Notes under the pieces: model-generated
Database searches by the model: none
What the model saw: only the letters and a program-made list of their open reading frames with translations
What the model was told of the DNA's origin: nothing
Translations under genes and position numbers: made by a program
Source: a bacterium
GTDB lineage: Bacteria; UBA8248
Direction of reading: 5' to 3'
Assembly: GCA_963692865.2 (NCBI GenBank)
Contig: OY843592.1
Coordinates: forward strand, 2,880,001 to 2,944,000
Length of the DNA stretch: 64,000 bases
Part shown: piece by piece, positions 63,725 through 64,000 of the stretch
Numbering within the stretch: position 1 is the stretch's first letter
Layout: every line of letters begins with the position of its first letter

Positions 63725-64000
63725 TTAATTCAAATACTTTTTGGTGATGATGAAATCTCTGAGCACGTTGGAAGAATCCCTGGGCAACGCGATCTGCGAA
63801 CCGTTCAGGGATATCTGGGTGCCCGCCACGTTTCCCACGGTAAGGCTGAATTTTTCCGACGCTTCCCAGTTTCTCTCCTTGCCCGCCGACAAAAGGAGTT
63901 CTTCCTTGTTTTTCGCATCGATCACGATTCGCAGCCAAGTGTCTTCCGTCGCAAAAACCTTGAGCGTCAGCGGCGGCGCTCCCGGCTCCGACCGGGCAGG
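63725..64000 (-). CDS. RodZ-like protein, C-terminal DUF4115 domain (5' part outside the window)
   Basis: Frame open to the window edge: LTLKVFATEDTWLRIVID...LTVGNVAG..ISLNG. Confidence 0.75.
   Translation of the reverse strand, partial: PARSEPGAPPLTLKVFATEDTWLRIVIDAKNKEELLLSAGKERNWEASEKFSLTVGNVAGTQISLNGSQIALPRDSSNVLRDFIITKKYLN

Overview
A GC-rich bacterial chromosomal window made up almost entirely of housekeeping genes on the minus strand: ilvE (partial), a serA-like dehydrogenase, nadX, aroC-aroK-miaA, a macro-domain protein, ihfB-rpsA-cmk-tyrA-hisC-pheA, trpEGDC, truA-uvrA, icd-mdh-split fumarase-sucCD-ndk, rsmA, lepAB, an HtrA protease, dgt-alkA-NodIJ-like ABC-gdh, transaldolase, pyrR-pyrB-pyrC-carA-carB, an S4/RqcP-like protein, two SurA/PrsA-like foldases, mfd and the end of rodZ. 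Gene order and a stand-alone ankyrin protein are compatible with a Nitrospinota/Tectomicrobia-like or deltaproteobacterial-type organism, possibly host-associated; this is inference only. I found no rRNA, tRNA, CRISPR array, transposase or integrase. The most unusual signal is non-coding. Seven intergenic loci hold nested palindromic repeats of several families. These include CGTC-tagged and GTAG-tagged REP-like hairpins, ~183-bp C/G-run palindromes, and mini-elements with GGGGYTGTTGAAAAA terminal inverted repeats. Those mini-elements sit at NNCAA hairpin loops, in one case with a clean CTCAA duplication. There are also 18-27-bp TC...GA hairpins that repeatedly replace about 5 nt of a host repeat. 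Other points of note: an unannotated Trp leader-peptide attenuator before trpE, a PyrR attenuator, a diverged duplicate of a gene's 3' end, an ORF6N-remnant/GIY-YIG islet bracketed by direct repeats, a ~10-kb low-GC stretch of core genes, and a SurA with an extra C-terminal domain. All calls come from reading the sequence and the ORF track; no database searches were run.
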